Source: an uncultured Gammaproteobacteria bacterium (GTDB taxonomy: Bacteria > Patescibacteriota > Patescibacteriia > UBA11705 > JABHMO01). From it: a stretch of 64,000 nt of DNA. The translations under genes were made by a program, and so were the position numbers. The notes under the pieces are model-generated. The model searched no databases. It saw only the letters and a list, made by a program, of their open reading frames with translations, and was not told the origin of the DNA. This document shows, piece by piece, positions 56,001-64,000 of this stretch (positions are counted from its first letter, which is position 1; each line of letters starts with the position of its first letter). The stretch is from contig CAZPYM010000005.1 of NCBI GenBank assembly GCA_964590105.1, forward strand, positions 19,015 to 83,014. The letters run 5' to 3'.

Positions 56001-58280
56001 ATCCCAGCCGGTGACGCCGGAAATGGCCAGAGAGTGCGCGCCGGCGTGCCAGTCTGCTCCGCCGGTAGTCGCTGAGTCTTGCAAAGATAAATAATCGCAA
56101 CTAACAGTATCTGATGCTTTGCTCAACGTGGCCTGTGTTCCGGCTGAGGATGAATCTATGACGATCTCATTGTCGGCCGTGCCGGTACAGGAAAAAGTAT
56201 TGCCGATTATTTGAGTGGTACTGGCGGGAAAGGTTATTGCGTTTGAAGCGTTAACTGTTAAATTGTAAAACGTGGAAGCGCCGGTGAGCGCATGAGTGCC
56301 GGATAAAAAGGTGACTGTGCTCGAATTGGCTGTAAATAAACCTGAATCATTCAAAAAATCACCGGTTAAACTGACTCCGGTAGTTCCGGAAATTTCCAAG
56401 GTTCCGTCGGTAATAGTAATATCGCCGGTCACACTTGAGCCATTGCCGGACAAAGTGAGCTGGGATGTAGCGCTGTTTTGAGTAACACCCGTTACATTTG
56501 AATCGATAACGCCGCTGATGGTTGTGGCGCCGGTGGTTGTTCCTTGGTTGGTGATGGTTCCGGCCATGTTTATCGAAGCGCCGGACAGCGTAACATCGGA
56601 CGAGCCGGTACCGTTCATGATAATATTTCCGGTGCCGGAAATGGATCCGCTTAATGCAAGCGAGTTGGCGGTGGGGGCTACTGTTAGGTCGTTGGCCAAA
56701 GTAATGGCTCCGTTAAAAGTCGCGTTGGCAGACCCGGTAATACTCAAAAGGCCACTGCAATCGGCGGCTACTGTAATCGGATTGGCAAAGGTGAGCGCGC
56801 CGGCCGCGTCCAATGTAGCGGCTTTGGTGCCGCCACTCTTTCCAATGGTGATGATATTGGCATCATCACCAAAAGCATTAACGTCATTTGAACCTATAAT
56901 CGTTCCGACATTAAGGCTTATTCCGCCGGTAAAAGTATTTACGCCTGATAGGGCAAGCGTGGTGGTGGTTATTTTTATTATGCTTCCAGCGCCCGATATG
57001 GTAGAGGAAATCGAAATATTGTTTGGTCCGCCTATGGTAAGCGCGCCGCCGGCAGTTATTCCGCCCTCGCCGATAGTCAGGGTGCCGCCGTTATTATCAA
57101 TTTCTCCTCCGCCTGCGCTAATCGTAAAGCCCCTGGTGTATGTGCCTGCTTCGCCGGTGTAGACCAATGTTCCTGTGTTAAAACCATCACCCAAAACTAT
57201 GGGAGTAGCGGCGTTTCCCAGGGAGCTGTTTCCTCCATCAACAACAATCTTGTTGGCGCTGATTGTTCCCTGATTTATGATCGTGGCTCCGGTATAAGTA
57301 TTCGCGCCGGTCAAGCTGACAGTGCCGGTGCCGATTTTTGCTAGATTATATTCTCCGGAAATGACACCGCTGATTGAAAGCATGGCCGCCTCGCCAGATA
57401 CATTTAAGGTGGCATCTGCGGTAAGGGTGAGGGGGCTGGAAATGGTGCCGAGGCCGGAAATATTATTCATCGGTGAGCCGGAAAATATTACGGCCGTGGC
57501 TCCGGAGATTGTGCCCATTACGCTAAGGTTGCCGGTGACTGTAATGCCACGGGTGCTGGTGGCAATCTCTATGCTTGGATTCATTATATTAAGTTGTCCC
57601 ACTGATACGCTGCTGGCATCAATTGTTATCGTTCCGGAGCCTGAATTTTGATCGAAAAAAACAAGATCGCCCACGATGGGAATATTTTCCGCACTGGCAG
57701 TGCCGCCGGAAGTGGGAGCCCAGTGATCGGGCGCATCGGACCAATTGCCCGCTCCGCCCACCCAATATCGAGCCATCGGATCAGGATCCACGATCCAGTC
57801 AATGTCCATGTCTCCGGTGATTTTTAAATCAAATGTAGCAGTTGATTTTTGGAGATCAGTAAGTAATATTTGATAAGTATTTTCCTGGTTTATTTCTGGG
57901 AAAACGATTAAAGGATTTTGGCTATCCGGCAGGTAAACGGTCACGGTTTTTTGCGCGCTTTCGCCTCGCGGTCGAGCAAATAGCGTGATGTCGTTTTCCT
58001 TGGTTAACGGCTTTTCAAAAGTCACTCTGATATATTGACCGTCCAGCATTTCCGCCCAGTTGTTGTCCTTTTCTTTGACCGTATCGAAAAGGTCTTCAAT
58101 TGCGTTTTTATTTTCATCTAACCTGAAAGCTTTGGATATAAGAATTCTGCCGGACGGGGATTGCTGAGTCTCTTGCATGGCCAATACTTGTTGGTCAATT
58201 AATTGACTGCAAAATAGTAAAATAAATAAAATAAAAACCAGAAGCAGTTTGAGCTTTAACTTCTTTTGTAACGCTGTCAT
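53082..58280 (-). CDS. Giant (1732 aa) secreted repetitive surface protein with beta-helix-like Gly/Thr/Ser repeats, Ig-like tandem domains and a C-terminal peptidoglycan-binding domain
   Basis: Signal peptide. About 200-aa unit duplicated (TITSISSSKTNG...TCTFTATNE...TCNYTV). Three roughly 60-aa C-terminal repeats (EGELIKYPDSPKVYLVENGEMRWIVDAKTFENLGY). The tail GEDVRELQKYLNNNGF...LTRSALIKFQ is PG_binding_1-like. Confidence 0.75.
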   Translation of the reverse strand: MTALQKKLKLKLLLVFILFILLFCSQLIDQQVLAMQETQQSPSGRILISKAFRLDENKNAIEDLFDTVKEKDNNWAEMLDGQYIRVTFEKPLTKENDITLFARPRGESAQKTVTVYLPDSQNPLIVFPEINQENTYQILLTDLQKSTATFDLKITGDMDIDWIVDPDPMARYWVGGAGNWSDAPDHWAPTSGGTASAENIPIVGDLVFFDQNSGSGTITIDASSVSVGQLNIMNPSIEIATSTRGITVTGNLSVMGTISGATAVIFSGSPMNNISGLGTISSPLTLTADATLNVSGEAAMLSISGVISGEYNLAKIGTGTVSLTGANTYTGATIINQGTISANKIVVDGGNSSLGNAATPIVLGDGFNTGTLVYTGEAGTYTRGFTISAGGGEIDNNGGTLTIGEGGITAGGALTIGGPNNISISSTISGAGSIIKITTTTLALSGVNTFTGGISLNVGTIIGSNDVNAFGDDANIITIGKSGGTKAATLDAAGALTFANPITVAADCSGLLSITGSANATFNGAITLANDLTVAPTANSLALSGSISGTGNIIMNGTGSSDVTLSGASINMAGTITNQGTTTGATTISGVIDSNVTGVTQNSATSQLTLSGNGSSVTGDITITDGTLEISGTTGVSLTGDFLNDSGLFTANSSTVTFLSGTHALTGASTFYNLTVNASNAITFPASTTQIIGNTFSCTGTADNEIVIDSSSAGTQATLSKASDTVSCDYLSLQDSATTGGADWHAGAHSLAISGVTGWDDLNTAPTISAGPSDGNSSSTTPTKVGSNVTFTATATDTQSDNYYLAICKTDAVTAVNNGAPTCDGDSWAISTSTASGAPATVTYTTLIGDDESNEWYAFVCDYNEFSECSASAQGAEDPGSPFTVDHAPGFSAIADSPDPTKLGANVTFSATASDPDIDGSADTVTLYVCKSNDFAGGACGIGGQWCNSTASASNPSCSYTALFEDGDSAHNYYAYIIDNHGFESAANPKLSTFTTDVTVPTITSISSSKTNGSYTVDTVIDIDVVFSEAVTSSGVIIITLETGDNDRTCTFTATNESTGTCNYTVKAGDTSLDLDATISGTITDQAGNGLSSYTPTTTLAASKELVIDTTTPTVEAGTNSTQKSQFTQNATVTDATSGIASYLWSKVSGSGTITFGTSAAEDTTISASVDDDYVIQLLSTDNAGNSATDTFNLTWDTTAPTITSISSSKTNGTYNAGTVIDIDVVFSEAITSTGDITITLETGDTDRTCTFTATNEATGTCNYTVQAGDTSLDLDATISGTIADQAGNALSNYTPTTTLAASKALIIDTTAPIVATLSPADDAESAGITSNLVITFSEAVDAETGNIVLYKSDNTIIQTFDVTADISGSGTTIITLDPTLDLSGSTAYYIKIDASAFDNAIGNSFAGIADTTTWNFTTGSTGRRYVAPVVVAPSSGSAPVSTPPPTTSLPPVDTVLPIVTIPNTEPTLDGKLIKYPDSPKVYLVENGEMRWIVDAKTFENLGYAWTDIQTVENNIVFNIGEVITEENPSYEGELIKYPDSPKVYLVENEEVRWIVDAKTFENLGYDWNDIQTVENNIIFNTGEVITEEIPSYEGELIKYNNSVKVYLIQNNLKSLIINEAAFNYYNYKWDAILTIKDSISFADGKNIVKPQGYIFTRDLEINMQGEDVRELQKYLNNNGFQLTDSSPGSPGNETDLFGSLTRSALIKFQQANNLYPAIGHFGSETRTKMNE

Positions 58281-58360
58281 AATTTTTTACCAGTTTGTTA
58301 GTCTTGGGTGGTTAAATATATATAAAATTATAGCACTTTCGCTTGGATAATTGAATAGGA

Positions 58361-59968
58361 CTAATCCACAGGTGTGGTAATTAAATAAAGTTTGCCGTCG
58401 GTAAAAAATAAATCACCCAGGAAATTAATTCCGAGCTTTGGTGCGACAAATTGTTGTTTTGTCGCGTTGGTTATCATTCCGGTGCTTTGCAGATCGTTAT
58501 ACAAAAATTCCCGCTCAGTGTCTATGTCAGGGCTGATTTGGTGGGTTATACCCCATTTGATACCGCTGTCAAAGCTGGCCGTGCCAACGTAAATGGCGGC
58601 TCCATTTTCCATAATATAGTTTGTTTTCCAAAAACGCGCATGGTGCCTGGTGCGGACATTATTCGCGTCAGTCGCTTTTTCAAAACCAAAGTCATGCACA
58701 TTGGCATTCCAAAAGTCTGGCGTTATCGGCGCTTGGGAGTATGGATTTTTCCAGAAAGCCGCCCGCGCCAGTTTTGTTATGCCGGGAACGCTGATATTGT
58801 CAGCCAGTTGCCAGCCGGCTTTTTGAAACAGATCAAGCAGCTGCTGATCATTCTTGGCAATAATAACGAAACTTAATGGTTCCTGAATATTGCCCAATAA
58901 TGTTTCAGTGTATTTTAATTGATCGGGATTAAAAATATTCATTACTTCAGTTGTCGTGACGGCGGCGGAAGCTTGAAACATCATCAGCTCAGGCGTTTGA
59001 TAATTAAAACCAAAAATAATGTATAAAAATATTGAAGCGAAAATAAGGCCAAAAGTGGCTAGGCGTTTTTTTGTTTTCGGGAAAAAAGTATCAGGTTTTT
59101 GTTTTTTATGCAGAAAATACTCTAAAAAACCAATAGCAATAATCAGCCAAATCGCGCCTACTAAATATCCGCCCCAGACATCGCTCACGTAATGAACGCC
59201 CAGATACAGGCGGCTAAAACCGATTAGAAATATCAGTATGAAGGTGATAAAAAAGATATTTATTTTTCTTTTCCATTTTTTTGAATGTTTTATTAATACA
59301 TAAGCAATAAAGCCATATAGAGCAATGGCAATAGTGGCGTGTCCGCTCGGAAAAGAAAATGAATTTTCAAGATAAAGGGCAACGCTCGGTCTGGCGCGAT
59401 GGAAAATCAGTTTTCCGGCAAAGGTAAAAATTTCGCTTCCCGCGATGCAAAGTAAAAGCGGAATAATATATGATCGTTTGTTCCAAAGCCATAAAATTAA
59501 AATCGCGGCAATTGTGAAGATTAGGACAATCTGCCATTTGCCAAGCAAAGTAACCCAGAAAAAAAATCTTGTCAGCGCCGGATGGCGAAAAGCCGCCAGT
59601 AAATTGGCGGCGCGAATGTCAGCGGAAACAATAATTTCGGAATTGATAATGCTTTCAATGACGCCTCCGAAAAGAAAAAGAATATAAAGCAGGGCGAGTG
59701 AAAGAAGCGTAAGCGGCCGGCCATAAAAGTGGTTTTTCTTTAGTCGATTCTTTATGAATTTAGCAAGAATTTTATGGCGTTCAATAAATTTTATAACTTC
59801 AGGATTTTCAGCTATGGCTTGTTTGATTGATCGCCAAATTGAAAACAAAAAAGAAAAAAGTTTTTTACCTTTTCTAATAATAAGCCATTTAAGCAAATAG
59901 ATAACGGTCAGAAAACCGATAAAAATAATGATAAAGATACTGGCCCTGGTTGACCATGGAATAATCAT
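58361..59968 (-). CDS. PAP2 (type-2 phosphatidic acid phosphatase) family membrane protein with about 230-aa C-terminal extracytoplasmic extension
   Basis: PAP2 motifs: KLIFHRARP, PSGHAT, SRLYLGVHYVSD. Confidence 0.75.
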   Translation of the reverse strand: MIIPWSTRASIFIIIFIGFLTVIYLLKWLIIRKGKKLFSFLFSIWRSIKQAIAENPEVIKFIERHKILAKFIKNRLKKNHFYGRPLTLLSLALLYILFLFGGVIESIINSEIIVSADIRAANLLAAFRHPALTRFFFWVTLLGKWQIVLIFTIAAILILWLWNKRSYIIPLLLCIAGSEIFTFAGKLIFHRARPSVALYLENSFSFPSGHATIAIALYGFIAYVLIKHSKKWKRKINIFFITFILIFLIGFSRLYLGVHYVSDVWGGYLVGAIWLIIAIGFLEYFLHKKQKPDTFFPKTKKRLATFGLIFASIFLYIIFGFNYQTPELMMFQASAAVTTTEVMNIFNPDQLKYTETLLGNIQEPLSFVIIAKNDQQLLDLFQKAGWQLADNISVPGITKLARAAFWKNPYSQAPITPDFWNANVHDFGFEKATDANNVRTRHHARFWKTNYIMENGAAIYVGTASFDSGIKWGITHQISPDIDTEREFLYNDLQSTGMITNATKQQFVAPKLGINFLGDLFFTDGKLYLITTPVD

Positions 59969-60073
59969 TCGTTTGTTTTTAGAATACTATTAATTAAATA
60001 AATCTTACCGTCAGTAAAAATAAATCATCTAAAAATTAGCGCCGATTTTCGGATTGACAGAGAGTTGTTTTTT

Positions 60074-60604
60074 TTAGTCAAAAAATTCAGGCGATTGAAA
60101 TCGGGCCAAGGCGCATTTTGTAGCATCCTTGAATTCATCCACTCTGTTATAAAGGCCCTTGGATAGAATTCCATTTGTGCCATCGTATTGTCTAATCTTG
60201 CCACCTGTATCGTTCATCAGATTTTTGATCAAAGGGCCTAATTCTTCGCCTCCCTGAATTCTTCTCTGAATAAATTTTGGAAGTTGCATTTTGGCGCTCG
60301 TGCCTACGCCGACCTGGCCGCGCTTATTCATAATTGCAACAATACCGCCAAGAAACATCCCGTACTTATTAGTATCGACATAACCTTCCATCCCGATATA
60401 ATAGTCAGCATCCGAGTATTTCAATTTTGCGTTTTTTGCTCTATTAATGGCGCCATTAATTCCTTCTTCTTCGGTCAGGGGTTGCTCGGAAACATTAGAG
60501 AAGAATTTTTCGCCAATCATTTCAACATTAGACCAGATTTTGCCAAGCACCTCTTCAATTGCTTGAATTTTGGCTTTATTCTTTGTGCAAATTATTATTT
60601 TCAT
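60074..60604 (-). CDS. Non-canonical purine NTP phosphatase (YjjX/DUF84 inosine/xanthosine triphosphatase family)
   Basis: MKIIICTKNKAKIQAIEEVL...EQPLTEEEGINGAINRAKNA parallels YjjX (VVCATTNPAKIQAI...[20 protein letters not shown]). Confidence 0.65.
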   Translation of the reverse strand: MKIIICTKNKAKIQAIEEVLGKIWSNVEMIGEKFFSNVSEQPLTEEEGINGAINRAKNAKLKYSDADYYIGMEGYVDTNKYGMFLGGIVAIMNKRGQVGVGTSAKMQLPKFIQRRIQGGEELGPLIKNLMNDTGGKIRQYDGTNGILSKGLYNRVDEFKDATKCALARFQSPEFFD

Positions 60605-60624
60605 ACGAAATGCTTAAATAGAAG

Positions 60625-61026
60625 CTATTTTTTATAACGCTCATTAAAGGCTTCCTCGTCGCCATATTTTACAAAATTTTTGTGATGTTCCGGCGGTTTG
60701 AAGCCAGCGTATTTGTCGTGCATTATGCCGCACCAATATTTTTCTGTTTCCCCTGCAATAACTGTCCAGTATGACATAAGGCCGTTTCCATAGCCGCAAT
60801 ACGCGCAACCAATCTTTTCATACCAGGTGAGGTACTTTAATTTGTGCCTGTCGATTCTAATGTGATCGGATCTTTTGATGTACTTTATTCCGTACAGAAG
60901 AAAACAACTTCGATGATAAATTTCAATCCAGAGATCAAAGATTACCAGCGGAACGACAATGCTCCAAATTATCGGTAAAGAAATAAGTTCTTGCATTTTT
61001 CTGCTTTTGTCATTTAGGTTTTGCAT
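60625..61026 (-). CDS. Hypothetical membrane protein
   Basis: N-terminal TM helix. C-terminal CAYCGYG...WCG. Confidence 0.35.
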   Translation of the reverse strand: MQNLNDKSRKMQELISLPIIWSIVVPLVIFDLWIEIYHRSCFLLYGIKYIKRSDHIRIDRHKLKYLTWYEKIGCAYCGYGNGLMSYWTVIAGETEKYWCGIMHDKYAGFKPPEHHKNFVKYGDEEAFNERYKK

Positions 61027-61166
61027 TTGGTCAAGTGTTAGGATTAGTTTTTAGTATTCAATTCTGTCTCAGCGGCTTTTGTTGTTGTAAAAAGATACGG
61101 TAAATTCATCCTGCCAAGTTACCTTTCGTCATGGGTACTTTTTGACAATTGCAGGACTTGGGACAC

Positions 61167-61721
61167 TTAATCTTTTTTAGTGGCAAAATATAATTTTGTT
61201 TGGATTAACGTTGCGCCAAGTTGTATTATAAACATTGTTAAAAATAAAATTGTAAATCCCCATTGATTTATAATTAATGTTCCAATGAACGAAGCGATGC
61301 CAACGGCCAGGTATGCGCCACCGCCCTCGAGTCCCCATTGTGAACCCTCTTTTCCTTTCTCAATATGTTTGGCAAACAAAGCAATGAGTGGCGCCGATAA
61401 GCAAGCTGTGCCTATGGCAAAGATAATTTGGAGAATAAATAATTGCCAGGGACTTGAAATTATCAAATATAGCAAACTGCCAAGAGCATACATCCCATAA
61501 CCCAAAATTGTAATCAATTTTTTGTTTAGTTTATCAGATATTTTTCCGACCAAAATCATTAGCATGCCGGTAGATAGGCCGAAAACCGTGACTGTAAAGC
61601 CCATATCCAATATACTGCCGCCAATTTTTTCAACGAAAACAGCATAAAACGGACCAATTAAATTGTCGCCGAAATTCGCCATTAGACTGGCGCTCAATAA
61701 TATTTTATAGGCCTTTTTCAT
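61167..61721 (-). CDS. MFS-transporter-like half-size (6-TM) protein
   Basis: Six predicted TM helices with an MFS-like loop GKISDKLNKK. It is only 184 aa. Confidence 0.45.
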   Translation of the reverse strand: MKKAYKILLSASLMANFGDNLIGPFYAVFVEKIGGSILDMGFTVTVFGLSTGMLMILVGKISDKLNKKLITILGYGMYALGSLLYLIISSPWQLFILQIIFAIGTACLSAPLIALFAKHIEKGKEGSQWGLEGGGAYLAVGIASFIGTLIINQWGFTILFLTMFIIQLGATLIQTKLYFATKKD

Positions 61722-61732
61722 TTGGTGGATTG

Positions 61733-62881
61733 TTATCCTGGCAAGGTTTCTTTTTGAAATCCTTCTCTGATTTGTTTTATCTCGTTGAAAGTTTCGAGCG
61801 ACCTTCTGACTTTTTTTATTTGTTTGCGTTTTTGATTATTTTTTTCTTCAATTTTAAATAGCTCCATAGCTATCCTTATCATTTCGTCGGCAGACATTTC
61901 AGCTGATTCGTGAATTTTTTCAGCTAAAGGTTGAAAGGATCCTCTCATTTGTTCGGCGCCTTTTTTAAATGCCGGTTGTTGCAATATAATTTCTAGAATT
62001 TGTTCGGGTGTCATTTCTGGCGTCAGCTGTTCGGCCACAGCTTCAAAAATTTTGCGTCCGTGTTTGGTATGGGCAGAAAACTCGTTTTCATAGACTTTTT
62101 CAACATCGTCAATGTCTTTTTCCGTAATAGCGCCTGTTTTTATGAGTTTTTGAATATCGGTTAAATCATAGTTTCTGCCTTGATGCAGTTTGTAATAAAG
62201 AACTTTGCCGGGGTGCGACTGATTGAGAGGTTTTCCTTGAAATTCAATTGGATATGGCTTTCCCCATTCTTCAGGCAGGGCGACACCTGAGCTTCCCGTC
62301 GGTTGACCGGCGGCGTTTTTTTCTACGACATGAACATCAACAAAGTTCAATGATTTATCCCGGCGAATTTTTCCTTTTGCATCAATAGCGGCAATGAGCA
62401 TATGCTCTGTGTCGGAATCCTGAAATTTTTCATGGCCCACTCGCTTCATAACTTTTTTTTTCGTTTCAGCCAATGTTCTGGACAAAAACAAGCCGTACCC
62501 CTTTTTTAATAACAGCGCCTCCAATTTGGCCAGCTCGTCTTTTTCAACTGAAATGTCAACGTCTTTGTGGTTGCCGATATAATTTCCATTCAACAATGAA
62601 ATATTCAGCGCGCCGTCAATGTGCCAATTTAGTTCGGAATTTTCAAAAATTTCACTAAGTTCACTCAGTCGTCTGTCCATTTCCTGCGCTTGCTCCGGTG
62701 TTACTGGTTTGCGTTCAAAGTTTTCATCAAGATTTTCTTGATCAAAAGGTTCCCAAGGCGGTTGTTCTTGTTCGAAATATTTCTCCCGATTTTCTGTGGC
62801 CTGCCGTTCTTCAGTCGTCATCATGCTTTCGGCCAGGTCAGTTTCTTTTTGCGTTGGGTTATAGAGCTCTTTTTGCATCAT
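61733..62881 (-). CDS. Nucleotidyltransferase-domain protein, putative
   Basis: WHIDGALNISLLNGNYIGNHKDVDISV matches a minimal NTase hG[GS]...DxD pattern. Confidence 0.35.
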   Translation of the reverse strand: MMQKELYNPTQKETDLAESMMTTEERQATENREKYFEQEQPPWEPFDQENLDENFERKPVTPEQAQEMDRRLSELSEIFENSELNWHIDGALNISLLNGNYIGNHKDVDISVEKDELAKLEALLLKKGYGLFLSRTLAETKKKVMKRVGHEKFQDSDTEHMLIAAIDAKGKIRRDKSLNFVDVHVVEKNAAGQPTGSSGVALPEEWGKPYPIEFQGKPLNQSHPGKVLYYKLHQGRNYDLTDIQKLIKTGAITEKDIDDVEKVYENEFSAHTKHGRKIFEAVAEQLTPEMTPEQILEIILQQPAFKKGAEQMRGSFQPLAEKIHESAEMSADEMIRIAMELFKIEEKNNQKRKQIKKVRRSLETFNEIKQIREGFQKETLPG

Positions 62882-62948
62882 AAGTATTGTTGTTTTGTGT
62901 ATGTCAGATGTTTTTTTAAGAAAAAGCGGATTAGCAAAGCTGATTAAT

Positions 62949-63344
62949 TTATTTGGCAGGGGTTGTTTTTCGATTTTTAAACCAACCAACAAGAAATAAA
63001 ATTCCAATAAAAAAGGCGATTCCGGCAATTTGTATGATCCAAACTATATAGTACCATCCAAAACCGGTGGTAATAATATTTTTCAAAACAAATCCAATAT
63101 ATAAAATTCCTGCAAGCATGAAGACGATTCCCCCGACAATCTCGCGTTTCCAGGAAATTATTAAAACAATCAGCAAGATAATTGCCGGAATGTTGTGCAT
63201 AAGCAATCCCAGGATTGTTCCCCAAAATCCATAATTTCCTTCAAAAATATCCAAAGACATCAAAGACAAGAACAATACAAAAATTATTGACAATACTCTC
63301 GGCGTCCAAAATATAAATTTGTTGATTTTTTTCTCCATATTCAT
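62949..63344 (-). CDS. Small 4-TM membrane protein, hypothetical
   Basis: Hydropathy only. Confidence 0.4.
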   Translation of the reverse strand: MNMEKKINKFIFWTPRVLSIIFVLFLSLMSLDIFEGNYGFWGTILGLLMHNIPAIILLIVLIISWKREIVGGIVFMLAGILYIGFVLKNIITTGFGWYYIVWIIQIAGIAFFIGILFLVGWFKNRKTTPAK

Positions 63345-63377
63345 TCAGTTATAAACTTGGGATATTATTTTGGTGGC

Positions 63378-63794
63378 CTATTTCTGGTATTTATAGTCAT
63401 AGGTCCCATAGGAGACAGTTAATTCCTCGCTTTTTTTTATTTTTCTTAATGCGACGAAAGTATTTCCGTTATCAATTGTTTTTAGATTCGGGCGCTGTGA
63501 ATCATTCAGGAAAAAAGAAATATCCATGCCGTTCAGGGCGCATTCGGGAACAAAAACGGTTTTATCTTTTTCAATTACATAAAAATCGTCAACCATTTTT
63601 TGTACTTCTTTGTCCAGGTTTTTTAATTGGGAAAAGTCAAATTTGTACCACCGTTGCCTTATTCCCTTGAAAGGATTGGTGTTTTTCGGAATGTCTCTAA
63701 TGGCAAAAACGCCGACTCCTTGGGTGGCAGAGGGGCGCAATCTGCAGTAGGTATTTTTTAATCTTTTCAGAATTTCATTTTTTTTGCTTGGCAT
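63378..63794 (-). CDS. SET-domain-like protein (putative protein lysine methyltransferase)
   Basis: GVGVFAIRDIPK (GxG), FLNDSQRPNL (NH-like), ELTVSYG..Y (post-SET-like EELxxxY). Confidence 0.45.
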   Translation of the reverse strand: MPSKKNEILKRLKNTYCRLRPSATQGVGVFAIRDIPKNTNPFKGIRQRWYKFDFSQLKNLDKEVQKMVDDFYVIEKDKTVFVPECALNGMDISFFLNDSQRPNLKTIDNGNTFVALRKIKKSEELTVSYGTYDYKYQK

Positions 63795-64000
63795 AAATGC
63801 GTTTCGTAATTATTTTTTTAATGTTTTGCCGGGACAGGCTGGTTAATCCTTGGTTATTGGACATAACGTTTGCATTTGTTTGATCAGATCTTTTTTTATA
63901 TAAAATTTATTCAAGAAATAGCTTTTTGTATTCGAATTTATTAAGACTATTTTCAATATCCTGGTAGGTTTTGCCGCAGATCATCCCGCCGGCAACAAAG

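Noticed and set aside
53857-57820. Many plus-strand ORFs (for example 56518..57162) and near-identical ORF pairs (54362..54559 / 54881..55144)
   Set aside because: They are antisense shadows of the 1732-aa surface-protein gene. The pairs only reflect the internal DNA repeats of that gene. This is not a CRISPR array and they are not independent genes.

Overview
This is an AT-rich (about 35-40% GC) bacterial window with many short genes, overlapping operons, a short EF-Ts, a short UvrC and a 1732-aa surface protein carrying a peptidoglycan-binding tail. The style suggests a small-genome Patescibacteria/CPR-like organism, but that is inference from gene style only. Recognisable core genes are uvrC, uvrA, rlmN, uvrB, truB, an m5U RNA methyltransferase, rpsB, tsf, pheS, pheT, dnaX, thiI, fur, tRNA-Gln(CTG) and tRNA-Tyr(GTA). 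The most interesting content is a GC-anomalous island of about 6 kb (about 13.1-19.05 kb) sitting exactly between uvrC and uvrA. It has its own sigma70-like promoters and intrinsic terminators. It encodes a JAMM/JAB metalloprotease (exact HxHx7Sx2D motif), a MoeB/ThiF-type E1-like adenylyltransferase and a ThiS/MoaD-like beta-grasp Ubl that ends in Gly-Gln instead of Gly-Gly. The island also carries a convergent 410-aa protein at about 62% GC and a 600-aa protein whose C-terminus has a UBC/E2-like PHV...NG..CL motif. Together these look like an undescribed ubiquitin-like conjugation module, possibly for defence or protein modification, acquired horizontally. Other noteworthy items, in window order: a tandem split PPDK_N plus swivel-domain kinase array with a degraded duplicate; an IS200-like Y1 transposase carrying an in-frame 36-bp tandem duplication that ends in a perfect 15-bp hairpin; a GIY-YIG ORF nested among tRNA-Tyr-derived repeats; an orphan VirD4/TraD-like ATPase; a Cys-rich ORF upstream of fur with a candidate Fur-box palindrome; an orphan HypC-like ORF next to an inverted hexamer array; and a 1732-aa repetitive surface protein. 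All calls rest on motif recognition by eye. No database search was run.
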